Below, piece after piece: positions 17,361 through 26,880 of a DNA stretch of 38,955 nt (its first letter is position 1; each line of letters opens with the position of its first letter). The translations under genes and the position numbers were made by a program. The notes beneath the pieces are model-generated. The model saw only the letters and a program-made list of their open reading frames with translations. It had not been told where the DNA came from and ran no database searches. The stretch is taken from the NCBI GenBank assembly GCA_001787125.1, contig MFVU01000032.1, positions 1 to 38,955 on the forward strand. Reading direction: 5' to 3'. The DNA is from Candidatus Nomurabacteria bacterium RIFCSPLOWO2_12_FULL_44_11 (GTDB taxonomy: Bacteria; Patescibacteriota; Minisyncoccia; Phycocordibacterales; UBA9973).

Positions 17361-17894
17361 TTAATTGTAAATAGACATCGCTTTATTTGAACCTTCAGAA
17401 AATATCATTTCCACGGCTTCGGCCACTTTTTTTGAAAGTTTTTTGAGAATTTCCAGTTCCGACTTTTTGAATTCGCCCAGAATGAAATTGATGACTGCTT
17501 TCTCTCCTTTTGGCTTTTTTACGATGCCTTTACCAGATAGCGCCTTAGGCGCTATCCCGATACGAATACGGAGAAATTCTTCGCTCTTGAGCGCCCGAAT
17601 TATGGACTGGAGGCCGCGATGCCCACCGGAGGAACGATTGAAAGAAATTTTCATCTTGCCGAGCGGCAGATCAATGTCATCGTAAATCACTACAAGCTCG
17701 CTTAAATCTTTTTTTGTTTTGACCAAAGGCGCGACGGCCGTCCCCGACTTATTCATAAAAGTATCGGGCTTTAAAAATTTTATTTTCGGGTTCTTTAATT
17801 TTTTTTCAATCAAGCCAACCACGATCCGCCCGGTATTATGCCGGGTATTTTCGTATTCGTCGCCGGGATTGCCCAAACCTACAACTAACTTCAT
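17361..17894 (-). CDS. pth: peptidyl-tRNA hydrolase
   Basis: MKLVVGLGNPGDEYENTRHNTG.. and ..YDDIDLPLGKMKISFNRSSGGHRGLQS are a typical Pth. Confidence 0.9.
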   Translation of the reverse strand: MKLVVGLGNPGDEYENTRHNTGRIVVGLIEKKLKNPKIKFLKPDTFMNKSGTAVAPLVKTKKDLSELVVIYDDIDLPLGKMKISFNRSSGGHRGLQSIIRALKSEEFLRIRIGIAPKALSGKGIVKKPKGEKAVINFILGEFKKSELEILKKLSKKVAEAVEMIFSEGSNKAMSIYN

Positions 17895-17954
17895 ATTTAT
17901 ATCATAACAAGATATACCACCCTGTCAACATTTTTATGTGCTATATTATACGGG

Positions 17955-18506
17955 ATGGAAATAGAAAAAGAAAAGTCCGGATGGGAGCTGGTACGATTTG
18001 CAATCATTGCTCTCCTGGTAGTAGTACCGATCCGCCTGTTCATCGCTCAGCCGTTTGTCGTTTCTGGCGCCTCAATGTTTCCGACTTTTGAAGACAAGGA
18101 CTATTTGATTGTCGATGAGCTAACTTATAAATTCAACGAGCCGAAAAGGGATGACGTGATAATATTTCGGTATCCGAATGACACCAAAAAGTTTTTTATA
18201 AAGAGAATTATCGGTTTGCCGAATGAAACAGGGGATATCAAGGGTGGCACCATCACCATTACCAATGAATCACACCCGGACGGGCTTACGCTAGAAGAAC
18301 CGTATGTAAAGAACGGATCAGCAGACAATGTACATTTTGAATTGAAAAACGGGGAGTATTACGTAATGGGCGACAATCGAATTGCCAGCTCCGATTCCAG
18401 ATCTTGGGGCACCGTATCGCGAAAACACATTGTTGGCAGGGCTCTGGTCCGTCTCTGGCCAATCAGTGATATAGATTTCTTGCCAGGTAAATATGAGCCA
18501 AACTAA
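17955..18506 (+). CDS. lepB: signal peptidase I
   Basis: TM anchor, catalytic SGASMFPTF, KRIIGLP, GDNRIASSDSR. ATG lies 7 nt after TGcTATATT (17939..17947). Confidence 0.9.
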   Translation: MEIEKEKSGWELVRFAIIALLVVVPIRLFIAQPFVVSGASMFPTFEDKDYLIVDELTYKFNEPKRDDVIIFRYPNDTKKFFIKRIIGLPNETGDIKGGTITITNESHPDGLTLEEPYVKNGSADNVHFELKNGEYYVMGDNRIASSDSRSWGTVSRKHIVGRALVRLWPISDIDFLPGKYEPN

Positions 18507-19803
18507 AAAACATCCAAAAGAAAGTAAGGGTCAAGAACTCACGGCACCGAAAGGCATGCGGGATATCGTGAACGAAGAGTATTACAGCTTTCAGGGATTT
18601 TTTGAAAAAGCGCAGGAGGTAGCTGTGTATTATGGCTTTAAACCAATAGATACTCCCATGTTAGAACAAGAAGAAATTTTTACTTCGGGTGTGGGTGTGG
18701 GTACCGACATCGTGGATAAAGAAATGTATACCCTTAAAACCAAGGGTGGAGACCATTTAGCGATGCGGCCGGAGCATACAGCACCCCTGATGCGAGCTTA
18801 CATTGAACATGGAATGCAGAGCCTGCCTCAACCGGTAATGTTTTATCAGTATGGTCCAACCTTCAGGCATGACAAGCCCCAGCGCGGGCGTTATAGACAG
18901 TTCTGGCAATTTGACCTAGATTCCCTGGGGTCGGATAAAAGTATTATGGATGCATTAGTAATCAAGGCTGGCTTGAGTGCCTTATACGAGGCCGGAGCAG
19001 AAAAAATAACTATCGAGATAAATTCAATCGGCGACAAAGAATGCCGAAATGGGTATCTTCGAGAGCTCACCAGCTATTACCGTAAACATATGAGCAACCT
19101 AGCCCCAATAGACCGTGAACGCTTGAAGACCAACCCTCTTCGAATATTAGACTCCAAAGAAGAAAAAACAAAAGAAATAAACGCAGGAGCTCCGGATTCC
19201 GTCTCCTTCCTGTGCGCTTCTTGTAAAAAACACTTCAAAGAAGTTCTGGAGTATCTGGAAGAACTCGGCATTGATTATAATATAAATAAGAACTTGGTCC
19301 GCGGACTCTCCTACTACACCCGCACCGTGTTTGAAGTTTATTCCGATAGTGGTGAAGAGGGTGTGCCTCCGATGCAGATAGCTTCCGGCGGGCGATATGA
19401 TTACCTTGCGCGACAAATAGGTGGCAAGCGTGATGTGCCGGCGGTAGGATTTTCCATAGGCGTAGACAGAGTTGTAGAGTCTAAATGGTATAAGAAGCTT
19501 TCCCCGCGCATCATAAAAAAACCTAAAATTTACTTCATTCAACTCGGCGCGGAAGCAAAATTGAAGAGTTTGAATATTATTGAGGCTCTGCGCAAGGATC
19601 ATATCCCGATAGCTCAATCTATTTCCAAAGACAGCCTGGCCTCCCAACTCGCCATTGCCGAGAAGCTCGCAATCCCCTACGCCCTTATCTTCGGAGTGAA
19701 GGAAGCTATTGAAAACTCGGTAATCGTGCGAGACATGTCCAACCGAAGCCAAGATACGGTAAAAATTTCTAAGTTGGTGGAATATCTGAAAGATCTTAAG
19801 TAA
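18493..19803 (+). CDS. hisS: histidine--tRNA ligase
   Basis: PKGMRDI.., class II motifs ..MRPEHTAPLMRAY.., FRHDKPQRGRYRQFWQFD, GGRYDYL. Confidence 0.9.
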   Translation: MSQTKKHPKESKGQELTAPKGMRDIVNEEYYSFQGFFEKAQEVAVYYGFKPIDTPMLEQEEIFTSGVGVGTDIVDKEMYTLKTKGGDHLAMRPEHTAPLMRAYIEHGMQSLPQPVMFYQYGPTFRHDKPQRGRYRQFWQFDLDSLGSDKSIMDALVIKAGLSALYEAGAEKITIEINSIGDKECRNGYLRELTSYYRKHMSNLAPIDRERLKTNPLRILDSKEEKTKEINAGAPDSVSFLCASCKKHFKEVLEYLEELGIDYNINKNLVRGLSYYTRTVFEVYSDSGEEGVPPMQIASGGRYDYLARQIGGKRDVPAVGFSIGVDRVVESKWYKKLSPRIIKKPKIYFIQLGAEAKLKSLNIIEALRKDHIPIAQSISKDSLASQLAIAEKLAIPYALIFGVKEAIENSVIVRDMSNRSQDTVKISKLVEYLKDLK

Positions 19804-19805
19804 AA

Positions 19806-20444
19806 ATGACTAGAATTTTGCAATCTCAACAAAAACCTGCCCGTAATGCTGCGCATAGCGCTGCAGGCGGGGAGAAGGTGTTGCGTCAAGTAGCCAAAGA
19901 GGTGCCACTGCCAGCTATCAGAACATTAAAGATAAAAAAAATTATGAAAGAGATGTCCGTGGCACTCCGAAGCCAGAGTGACGGTGTGGCGATAGCAGCG
20001 CCACAGCTCGGATATTCTTTAAGGATTTTCGTGGTTTTGGGGAAAATATTGAAGGCAGAATTTACGAGGCGGGGGCTTTCGGAGCGCGAAGAGCGCGAGA
20101 AGGAACGCCTGGCGAGCACGCCAGGACGTGACCCCGCATCGAAAGATTCTGCCGTCAAAGATCTGGTCTTCATCAATCCTAAAATTACCAAGTTATCGCG
20201 CGAAAAAGAATGGGTGCCGGAAGGATGCCTTTCGGTACGCTGGCTCTATGGGAAAACGCACCGCTCTAAGAAGGCAACTATCTCCGCCTACGACGAGCAA
20301 GGCAAAAGATTCGAGCGTGGCGCCTCCGGCCTCTTGGCCCAAATCTTTCAGCATGAAACGGAACACCTAAACGGCATTCTTTTCATTGACCACGCTAAAG
20401 AAGTAAAAGAAGAACTGCCAAATGAACAAAGAAGACAAAAGTAA
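19806..20444 (+). CDS. def: peptide deformylase (with N-terminal extension and ~40-aa insert)
   Basis: Motifs GVAIAAPQLG, EGCLS, HETEHLNG. The insert ..RRGLSEREEREKERLASTPGRDPASKDSA.. contains a GC hairpin. Confidence 0.85.
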   Translation: MTRILQSQQKPARNAAHSAAGGEKVLRQVAKEVPLPAIRTLKIKKIMKEMSVALRSQSDGVAIAAPQLGYSLRIFVVLGKILKAEFTRRGLSEREEREKERLASTPGRDPASKDSAVKDLVFINPKITKLSREKEWVPEGCLSVRWLYGKTHRSKKATISAYDEQGKRFERGASGLLAQIFQHETEHLNGILFIDHAKEVKEELPNEQRRQK

Positions 20445-21279
20445 CTTCGTATTCTTCGGCACGCCGGATGTTGCGGCCGAGACCTTAGAGATATTAAAGG
20501 GGGCAGGATTTATGCCTTCGCTTATTGTGACGTCTCCAGATACTCGGTCTGGGCGCGGTATGCAAATGCAGGCTTCGCCAGTAGCAAAATTTGCAGAAGA
20601 AAATAAAATAACTTGTTATAAAAATCTTGAAAATATTCCTGAAGCAGATTTATTTGTGGTAGTTGCTTACGGTAAAATTTTATCTGAAAAAATTATTAAT
20701 ACTCCTAAAAATGGCTCCATAAATATCCACTATTCCCTCCTCCCGAAATACCGCGGCGCTTCGCCTGTGGAGAGCGCAATTTTGGCAGGTGAAACAGAAA
20801 CTGGCGTTACGATTCAGAAAATGGTTTATGAGTTGGATGCTGGTTATATTTTAGCACAAGAGAAAGTGGAAATAGGCGCAGATGAAACTGCGCCAGAACT
20901 GCGAAAGCGCTTGATAAAAATTGGCGGGGAACTTTTGGTAAAAATATTTAAGACCCCCTCTAGCTCCCCCTTCGCAGGGGGAGAAAAACAAGATGAATCC
21001 CAAGCAACTTTCTGCAAAAAAATCAAAAAAGAAGACGGATTAATAGATTTAAGCGACGACCCCATCAAAAATTATAATAAATTCCGTGCATACGCCACCT
21101 GGCCGCGAACGTATTTTTTTTCCGCCAAAGACGGATCCGCCTCGGGGGGACAAGATGGCAAGCGTATAATAATTACCGACGCCGCGCTAGAGAATGACCC
21201 CCTCGACCCTGCTCGGGGCAAGAAATTCGTAATTAAAAAAGTAATCCCCGAAGGTGGAAAAGAGATAAACTATAAATAA
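20422..21279 (+). CDS. fmt: methionyl-tRNA formyltransferase
   Basis: FVFFGTPDVAAETLEIL.., INIHYSLLPKYRGASPVESAIL, and a C-terminal domain. Follows def, as in many bacteria. Confidence 0.85.
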   Translation: MNKEDKSNFVFFGTPDVAAETLEILKGAGFMPSLIVTSPDTRSGRGMQMQASPVAKFAEENKITCYKNLENIPEADLFVVVAYGKILSEKIINTPKNGSINIHYSLLPKYRGASPVESAILAGETETGVTIQKMVYELDAGYILAQEKVEIGADETAPELRKRLIKIGGELLVKIFKTPSSSPFAGGEKQDESQATFCKKIKKEDGLIDLSDDPIKNYNKFRAYATWPRTYFFSAKDGSASGGQDGKRIIITDAALENDPLDPARGKKFVIKKVIPEGGKEINYK

Positions 21280-21348
21280 ACTCGTGACACATATGCGCTA
21301 TCGTTGATATGTGTAATTCACTTTAGTTGAGTAAAGTAATCTAATTAG

Positions 21349-22182
21349 CTAAAGTGATTCATTCAAAACTAGGTATGAACCTGGATAATAATATCCGGCG
21401 ATTCTTTTTTGGGGTTTTGTTAGATCAAAGCCCTCTCCAATATAATGTTTTTTACCTTTAGCTATTGCCGCATGAAGTTCTACCAGACTGTCATATGCAT
21501 TTAATTTCCCATAATATACCCCTGCAACCTTGCCGGCGCTGAATAAATTTATAAGAGCAATATCTTTAGCAAAATCGGTCGCTTTTACAAAAATTAGACC
21601 CTTCTTCTTTAGTTCATCTTGTAACTTTTTGGGAACATTTTTCTCAGGTTCCCCGGACCAATACAGAATCATTTTGCCTACATTTGCTGGAAGTGAAATT
21701 TCTGGTATTTGACCAGTAATAGTGTAATTATTTCTTATTATTTTATGTGTTAATTTTAAGGCTGGGAAATAAACAAAAGTATATAAAAGATCTTTACCAT
21801 CGTGGAGAGTAATGATAACACAAAACTGATTACCTCCTTCAGAATATACTGCCGTGCCATCTATCGGATCAATACCTAAATAATATTGTCCTTGCTCGTC
21901 AAACTTTTCAGTTAACGCGGTATTTTCTTCCGCAAAAAGATGACATTTAACTAAATTAGTTTTACTGATTTCCTGTAATAGAAATTCCTGTACTGCCAAA
22001 TCTGCATTTGTAACAATATCGACCAGAGGGTTACCGGTCGAATATTTATTGTGATGTTTTGCTTCCTTCTGCATTTTGAGAGCGAGATCTCCGGCTTGAA
22101 CAAAAACAGGTTCTAGTTTTTCTAGTATTTGGAGAAATTTTTCACCAACTTCCAGTGAAGGGGTTAATTGTTCATTTGGCAT
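21349..22182 (-). CDS. inositol monophosphatase-family protein (second paralog)
   Basis: ..FAEEN..YYLGIDPIDGTAVY.. carries the DPxDGT motif. Confidence 0.7.
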   Translation of the reverse strand: MPNEQLTPSLEVGEKFLQILEKLEPVFVQAGDLALKMQKEAKHHNKYSTGNPLVDIVTNADLAVQEFLLQEISKTNLVKCHLFAEENTALTEKFDEQGQYYLGIDPIDGTAVYSEGGNQFCVIITLHDGKDLLYTFVYFPALKLTHKIIRNNYTITGQIPEISLPANVGKMILYWSGEPEKNVPKKLQDELKKKGLIFVKATDFAKDIALINLFSAGKVAGVYYGKLNAYDSLVELHAAIAKGKKHYIGEGFDLTKPQKRIAGYYYPGSYLVLNESL

Positions 22183-22580
22183 TAATATTTCGAAGTAAAC
22201 GGGTTGCGTTTAGAAAGACCCTTCAACATTTTTTTGATACTGCGGGCCCCGCGATGAAGAAGCGTTTTACGGCGATCTTTGTATTTGTTTATTTCGCGGT
22301 AAAGAGTGTCTTTGACGGCGTCTATCGCCGCATAGAGGTCCTCCTCGTCGGCGCTCGCGTAAAATTCTTCGCCGTCCAGATTAATAAGGCAGTCGGCATG
22401 AAAAACATCCCCGGCTTTGTGATGTTTGGTGCTTTTAGCAATTTCAAAATTTACACTGGCTCTCCCTCCCCGCTCTTCAATACTGGATAGTAATTTCTCC
22501 AGATTGGTAACCCGCTTGATCACATATTCATGGATAGCGGAAGTCAGCTCCATATTGGTGCTCTTAAGATTTATTTTCAT
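22182..22580 (-). CDS. hpf: ribosome hibernation promoting factor / RaiA family
   Basis: MKINLKSTNMELTSAIHEYVIKRVTNLEKLL..VNFEIAKSTKHHKAGDVFHADCLINLDGEEFYASADEEDLYAAIDAV is a typical HPF/YfiA fold. Confidence 0.8.
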   Translation of the reverse strand: MKINLKSTNMELTSAIHEYVIKRVTNLEKLLSSIEERGGRASVNFEIAKSTKHHKAGDVFHADCLINLDGEEFYASADEEDLYAAIDAVKDTLYREINKYKDRRKTLLHRGARSIKKMLKGLSKRNPFTSKY

Positions 22581-22665
22581 CCCGTTAGAAGCAGGTCGCG
22601 GTCAGACCGTGACTGCTTAAAGTTATTTTGTAATTTTTGCGACCGCGGCTTCTAACGGGATTCAT
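22581..22665 (-). promoter_or_regulatory. structured 85-nt 5' leader of hpf, same family as the 72-nt leaders
   Basis: TGtTATAAT (22680..22672, minus strand) + 6 nt + A(22665). The leader begins AUGAAUCCCGUUAGAAGC. A 14-bp helix AUCCCGUUAGAAGC/GCUUCUAACGGGAU (22661-22648 / 22592-22579) includes the A and U of the start codon. An inner 7-bp helix GACCGCG/CGCGGUC lies at 22647-22641 / 22603-22597. Confidence 0.55.
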
Positions 22666-22667
22666 CC

Positions 22668-24617
22668 CTACATTATAACATGCTTTTTATTTTTTCTTAG
22701 GCCGTGCAGGAGCGCTTGCAGGATAATATTAATTTTCATGGTGGCGACTCCTACTACTTTATCCGCTCCACCATAATAAATGTAAAGTAATTTACCGCGC
22801 AGGACCATGCCGCAGGGAAAAACGACATTACTGACAATTCCTTCTTTTTCGTATTGCTCTTCCGGCTCCAATATCGGGTCAGCACTGCGAGCCAGAACTA
22901 TGGCGGGATCTTTGAGATCAAGCAGGAGCGCGCCGACCCGATAGGTATGGTGACTCTTAGATATTCCGTGGTAGAGCAGCAGCCAGCCATGTTTGGTCTT
23001 AATCGGCGGCGCAGTAATACCGACTTTCCAGCTATCCCACATATTTACCCTCGGTCCAATAATTCTGATGCATTTTTGCACGGTTTCATTTTTAAAATCC
23101 AGTGTTGGTAGATAATCCCCGCAGATTTCGTTCCCTACACGATGCAGTATGAGATAGCCGGCGGGAAACTTCTCCGGAAAAAGACAGGTATCTTTATCGT
23201 CAAATTCTTGCGGAGTAATCAAAAACGGTTTTGCCCATTTCCATTTATGCGCCAAAAAATTTTTCTCCGAAATAGAAGAAACAGCCACTCGCGGAGGACC
23301 CACGCCGTCAAAAGCGGTGTAGCAGACATAAATATTTTTGCCAATTTGAGTTAGGCGTGGATCTTCGCATCCGGAATTCCCATTGCTGATTTTTTTGTTT
23401 TCAAAATCTTCCCGTGGAACATACACCGGTTCGGCTAGCCGCTCCTTGATGTTGTAACCGTCAGGCGCCATAGCATAACCGAAGCTGGAAGTATTGTCAT
23501 TGGAGAGAGCGCGATAAATAAGATGGGTTTTGCCGTTGAGCAATATGGCTGCCGGATTGAAAGTGGCTTTGGCCTCCCAGACATTTTCAGCTTTGGGAAC
23601 AATAATTGGATTACCGGGAAAACGTCTAAAGTGAAAATCCTCTTGCAATTGTGGGTATATACTGCCCAAAAGGTCGGCTAAATTGACATGCACCAAACAG
23701 ACAGTGGTATCAGCCGCGCCATAATAAATATTAAGCGTATCTTTTTGGAGTATTGCTCCGGTCGGGAAAACTACGTTGCCGACGAAACCGGTCATTTCAT
23801 ATGAGTCCTCGGGCACCAATATCGGACCTGCGGTGCGACCGATTATTTTCCGCGGGTCCTCCTGGTCAAGCAGTAAGGCCTCGATGCCAAAGATTCTTTT
23901 GGAATTGTCGGCGCCAAAATAATTCTGAATATATGAGTAAATAAGCAGCCAGCCATATTGGGTCTTTAAGGGCGGTGCGCCGATTTCCACATGATCGGAC
24001 TCGTTCCGCTTCGGATTAATTGTATGCTCGTCAATTTCCTTCTGCCACTTTTCCCAAAAATCTGGATTCCACAGTTCCTCTATTTTATCCAGCAAAGCAA
24101 TGGATGTTTTAACCGGGGGCGAATCGGTGTGAGCAGAGAAAATCACACATATTTTGCCGTTGATCCGTTCGGGAAAAAGCGCCATCGCCTTGGCGTTAAA
24201 CGGAGTAACCAGATACCTTTCATCCACTTTTTTTAAGTCCTTGGAAATAGCTACGGCAACCTTGATGCCCTCCGCAGAAAATGGATAAGCAGAAAGGGCG
24301 GTATAAAAAATATAAAATTTGCCTTCAAAAAAAGTGATCCGGGGATCCTCACAGCCATATTTCTCCCATTCCTCTCTAGGAGTAATAAACGGCGCGCGGT
24401 CTTCAAAGTGTGTGCCATCTTGACTCTTGCTTATCCCGATAATCGAGGTTTGACGGGGATTACGCAACATGTCTGGCGAGGAAATAGCGCGATAAACGCC
24501 ATAGGGTGTATTGCCCTTTTTTGTAACACTCATATTGAAAGTGGCAAAGGCCTCCCAGTAATGGTTTTTGTCCGGAATAAAAATAGGGTTATGGTGTGAG
24601 CGTCGGGCAACAAACAT
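22668..24617 (-). CDS. tandem double GH130-domain protein (beta-mannoside phosphorylase/glycosidase-like)
   Basis: 649 aa containing two copies of the GH130 pattern (HNPI..W(E)..A.FN..YRA.. GCEDPR.. YTA.. YYG(G)AD). Confidence 0.8.
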   Translation of the reverse strand: MFVARRSHHNPIFIPDKNHYWEAFATFNMSVTKKGNTPYGVYRAISSPDMLRNPRQTSIIGISKSQDGTHFEDRAPFITPREEWEKYGCEDPRITFFEGKFYIFYTALSAYPFSAEGIKVAVAISKDLKKVDERYLVTPFNAKAMALFPERINGKICVIFSAHTDSPPVKTSIALLDKIEELWNPDFWEKWQKEIDEHTINPKRNESDHVEIGAPPLKTQYGWLLIYSYIQNYFGADNSKRIFGIEALLLDQEDPRKIIGRTAGPILVPEDSYEMTGFVGNVVFPTGAILQKDTLNIYYGAADTTVCLVHVNLADLLGSIYPQLQEDFHFRRFPGNPIIVPKAENVWEAKATFNPAAILLNGKTHLIYRALSNDNTSSFGYAMAPDGYNIKERLAEPVYVPREDFENKKISNGNSGCEDPRLTQIGKNIYVCYTAFDGVGPPRVAVSSISEKNFLAHKWKWAKPFLITPQEFDDKDTCLFPEKFPAGYLILHRVGNEICGDYLPTLDFKNETVQKCIRIIGPRVNMWDSWKVGITAPPIKTKHGWLLLYHGISKSHHTYRVGALLLDLKDPAIVLARSADPILEPEEQYEKEGIVSNVVFPCGMVLRGKLLYIYYGGADKVVGVATMKINIILQALLHGLRKNKKHVIM

Positions 24618-24623
24618 ATAAAT

Positions 24624-25757
24624 TTAAATCCGGGTCATTTGTTTTTTTAATTTTGTTGCTTTATGTTTCCTGAGATCAGCCAAAAGGTCAGCCAATCTAA
24701 TGGTGGCGACACCTACAACTTTGTCCGCGCCGCCATAGTAAACGAAAAGCGTGCCGTCCCCGCCTGCGCGAGCAGGCTTTGCGACAGCGCCGCAGGAATA
24801 TATCACGCCCCATTTATACCCGTTATTCTCATAGTATTCCTCCGGCTCCAATATCGGACTGGCCGAACGGTAAAGAATTTTGGTTGGATCATTGGCATCG
24901 AGAATCATCGCGCCCATCCGATAGCGATCTGGGTTCCGGTGGTCCATGGCGTGATAGAGAATAAGCCAACCCAGTTCTGTTTTTATGGGTGTCGGCCCAA
25001 CTCCACGGAACCAGCTGTCCCAAGTTCGAGCTGGATCGATGGGGCGAGTGTTATTGCTTTTAATAAACTTGGCCTTGCCGTCCAGCTCCTCAAGCGTATC
25101 AAAATAATCAATTAAAACATTTGGGTAAAAACTATGCAGAATGGCAAATTTGCCGTTAATCTTTTCCGGAAAAAGCACCCAATTTTTATGAATCTCCCCG
25201 GGCGGTGAAATTAGAACCGGATTTTTCCATTTCCATTTTTTGTTTTCAAAATCCTGCAGTTTGATTGAGGTCAGAGCTATCCGCAGCGACCCCCAGCCGT
25301 CAAAGGCGGTGTAGAGCATGTAAACAGTATTATCCAAAAGAGTCAGGCGCGGGTCTTCGCAGCCACCGTTCCAGCCCCCGCCGGAAATATAATCGATGGG
25401 GAAAACAGTTGTATCGAATTTTTCTCTGCTATTGGCTCGTCGGTAAATAGAATGCGGGGAGCGGTCGGTAATGTTGTAGCCATCATCGCTTCCGGCGTAG
25501 CCCAGCACTGAAGAATCATCGTCGCCGATAGCTCGATAAACGATATGCACTTTTCCTTTATGCTCAAAGGCGGCAGGATTAAAAGTAGCTTTGGATTCCC
25601 AAGGATACAACCTCGGCTCGATGATCGGGTTGTGCACTGCCCGTTTCAAAAGTGCGCCTTTCTTTTTTTTTATTATTTTTTTTCCCGACGTTTTAGGTCG
25701 GGACCCCGTTCCCTTAGGGCGTCGGGGCTTTTTAAGCTCGGCCATATTTGTCTTCAA
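24624..25757 (-). CDS. GH130-family protein with basic N-terminal tail
   Basis: ..AVHNPIIEPRLYPWESKATFNPAAF..GCEDPRLT..YTAFDG..YYGGADKVVGVATI. Closely resembles the second domain of the neighbouring gene. Confidence 0.8.
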   Translation of the reverse strand: MKTNMAELKKPRRPKGTGSRPKTSGKKIIKKKKGALLKRAVHNPIIEPRLYPWESKATFNPAAFEHKGKVHIVYRAIGDDDSSVLGYAGSDDGYNITDRSPHSIYRRANSREKFDTTVFPIDYISGGGWNGGCEDPRLTLLDNTVYMLYTAFDGWGSLRIALTSIKLQDFENKKWKWKNPVLISPPGEIHKNWVLFPEKINGKFAILHSFYPNVLIDYFDTLEELDGKAKFIKSNNTRPIDPARTWDSWFRGVGPTPIKTELGWLILYHAMDHRNPDRYRMGAMILDANDPTKILYRSASPILEPEEYYENNGYKWGVIYSCGAVAKPARAGGDGTLFVYYGGADKVVGVATIRLADLLADLRKHKATKLKKQMTRI

Positions 25758-26082
25758 AACGAACTATGTCATTCTCATCAAAATTCCCGGTAGCAATTTC
25801 AAGGACCATAATACCTGAGCGTCCGGCTGCAAGGCGATGCTTGCTTCCTTGAGGGACTTCACATTCACCTCCCTCCCCTATATCCATTCTAACACCATCT
25901 ATCTCCACTATTCCATCACCTTTGACAACTTTCCAGAACTCGGCCCTTTTTTTATGGCTCTGTAAGCTTAAAGCCTCCCCGGGATTAACAGTTATTATTT
26001 TAACCGTGGAAGAGCTGTTGTGAGTAAACTGTCTAAAGTTGCCCCAGGGTTTTTCTACTTGAAATGCCTTGACCTCCGCCAT
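25732..26082 (-). CDS. cupin-type mannose-6-phosphate isomerase (type II PMI C-terminal-domain-like)
   Basis: EKPWGNFRQF..VKIITVNPGEALSLQSHKKRAEFWKVVKGDG..GSKHRL has the cupin motifs of ManC/PMI-type proteins. Confidence 0.75.
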   Translation of the reverse strand: MAEVKAFQVEKPWGNFRQFTHNSSSTVKIITVNPGEALSLQSHKKRAEFWKVVKGDGIVEIDGVRMDIGEGGECEVPQGSKHRLAAGRSGIMVLEIATGNFDENDIVRFEDKYGRA

Positions 26083-26117
26083 CTTCTAATTATAGCTCAA
26101 GGTGAAATTTTAGCCAA

Positions 26118-26879
26118 TTATTTGGTTTCCAAGGACAAGATTTTCTGCATTAGAAGGTCCGCCGGCAGAAGTTGGCCACGGAGCGGGATATAGAATTTCC
26201 CTTTTACCCTTGTTCGATCGGCTGATATCGGCAACCCCGCTTCCCGTAGAAGCTCCTGGTCGTTATAATTATCCCCGATAGCTAGAACATTTTCTTTTTT
26301 TAATTTAAAAATTTTCATGGCCCTTCTTAGTCCGAGGGCCTTGGTTTGATCATGTTTTACTAAAATATCATAGGCCTCCCCGTTCCAGATAGTCGTCAGG
26401 CCTTTTTCCTTTTTAACTGTCGCTTCAACTTGCTTCATTCTCTTTTTACAATGAACAGTTACGATAAATTCTTTCGGCTCAAAGCCCTTAAAATCTTTTT
26501 TCCCCATAACGGCTTTTTGTAATTTTTGAAACAAATCTAAAGTGTATTTAAAACTATTGAAGTGTTGATAGAGCCTACCTTGATACCATGTGGCGCTACC
26601 GCATTCGTAAGTCAAACTGACAAAAGGCAGAACTTCCCGGAACATTGCCTGCAACATATAAAGTCCGCGCCCAGAGCTAATGTTGATCAAATACCCTTTT
26701 TTATGCAACGCTTTGATTTGCTTAATCTGTTTTTTTGCTATTATTTTTGTTGCGAGCGTTGTAGTGTTACCTTCTTGTTTTATTTTTGTGCCTCGCGGAA
26801 CGAGCACGCCATCGACATCAAAAACAATCATCTTTATTTTGGCCAGATCTCTCCCAGTCAGCTGGTTTAATGGTTTCAT
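26118..26879 (-). CDS. HAD-superfamily phosphatase (IIB/Cof-like)
   Basis: Motif I IVFDVDGVLV, motif II ISSGRG, motif IV AIGDNYNDQELL. Confidence 0.7.
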   Translation of the reverse strand: MKPLNQLTGRDLAKIKMIVFDVDGVLVPRGTKIKQEGNTTTLATKIIAKKQIKQIKALHKKGYLINISSGRGLYMLQAMFREVLPFVSLTYECGSATWYQGRLYQHFNSFKYTLDLFQKLQKAVMGKKDFKGFEPKEFIVTVHCKKRMKQVEATVKKEKGLTTIWNGEAYDILVKHDQTKALGLRRAMKIFKLKKENVLAIGDNYNDQELLREAGLPISADRTRVKGKFYIPLRGQLLPADLLMQKILSLETK

Positions 26880-26880
26880 T

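Noticed and set aside
21287-21314. Hairpin ACACATAT-12 nt-ATATGTGT between convergent fmt and the IMPase-like gene, as a bidirectional terminator
   Set aside because: It has an A/T-rich 8-bp stem with a 12-nt loop and no flanking U tract. It is plausible but too weak to call as a feature.
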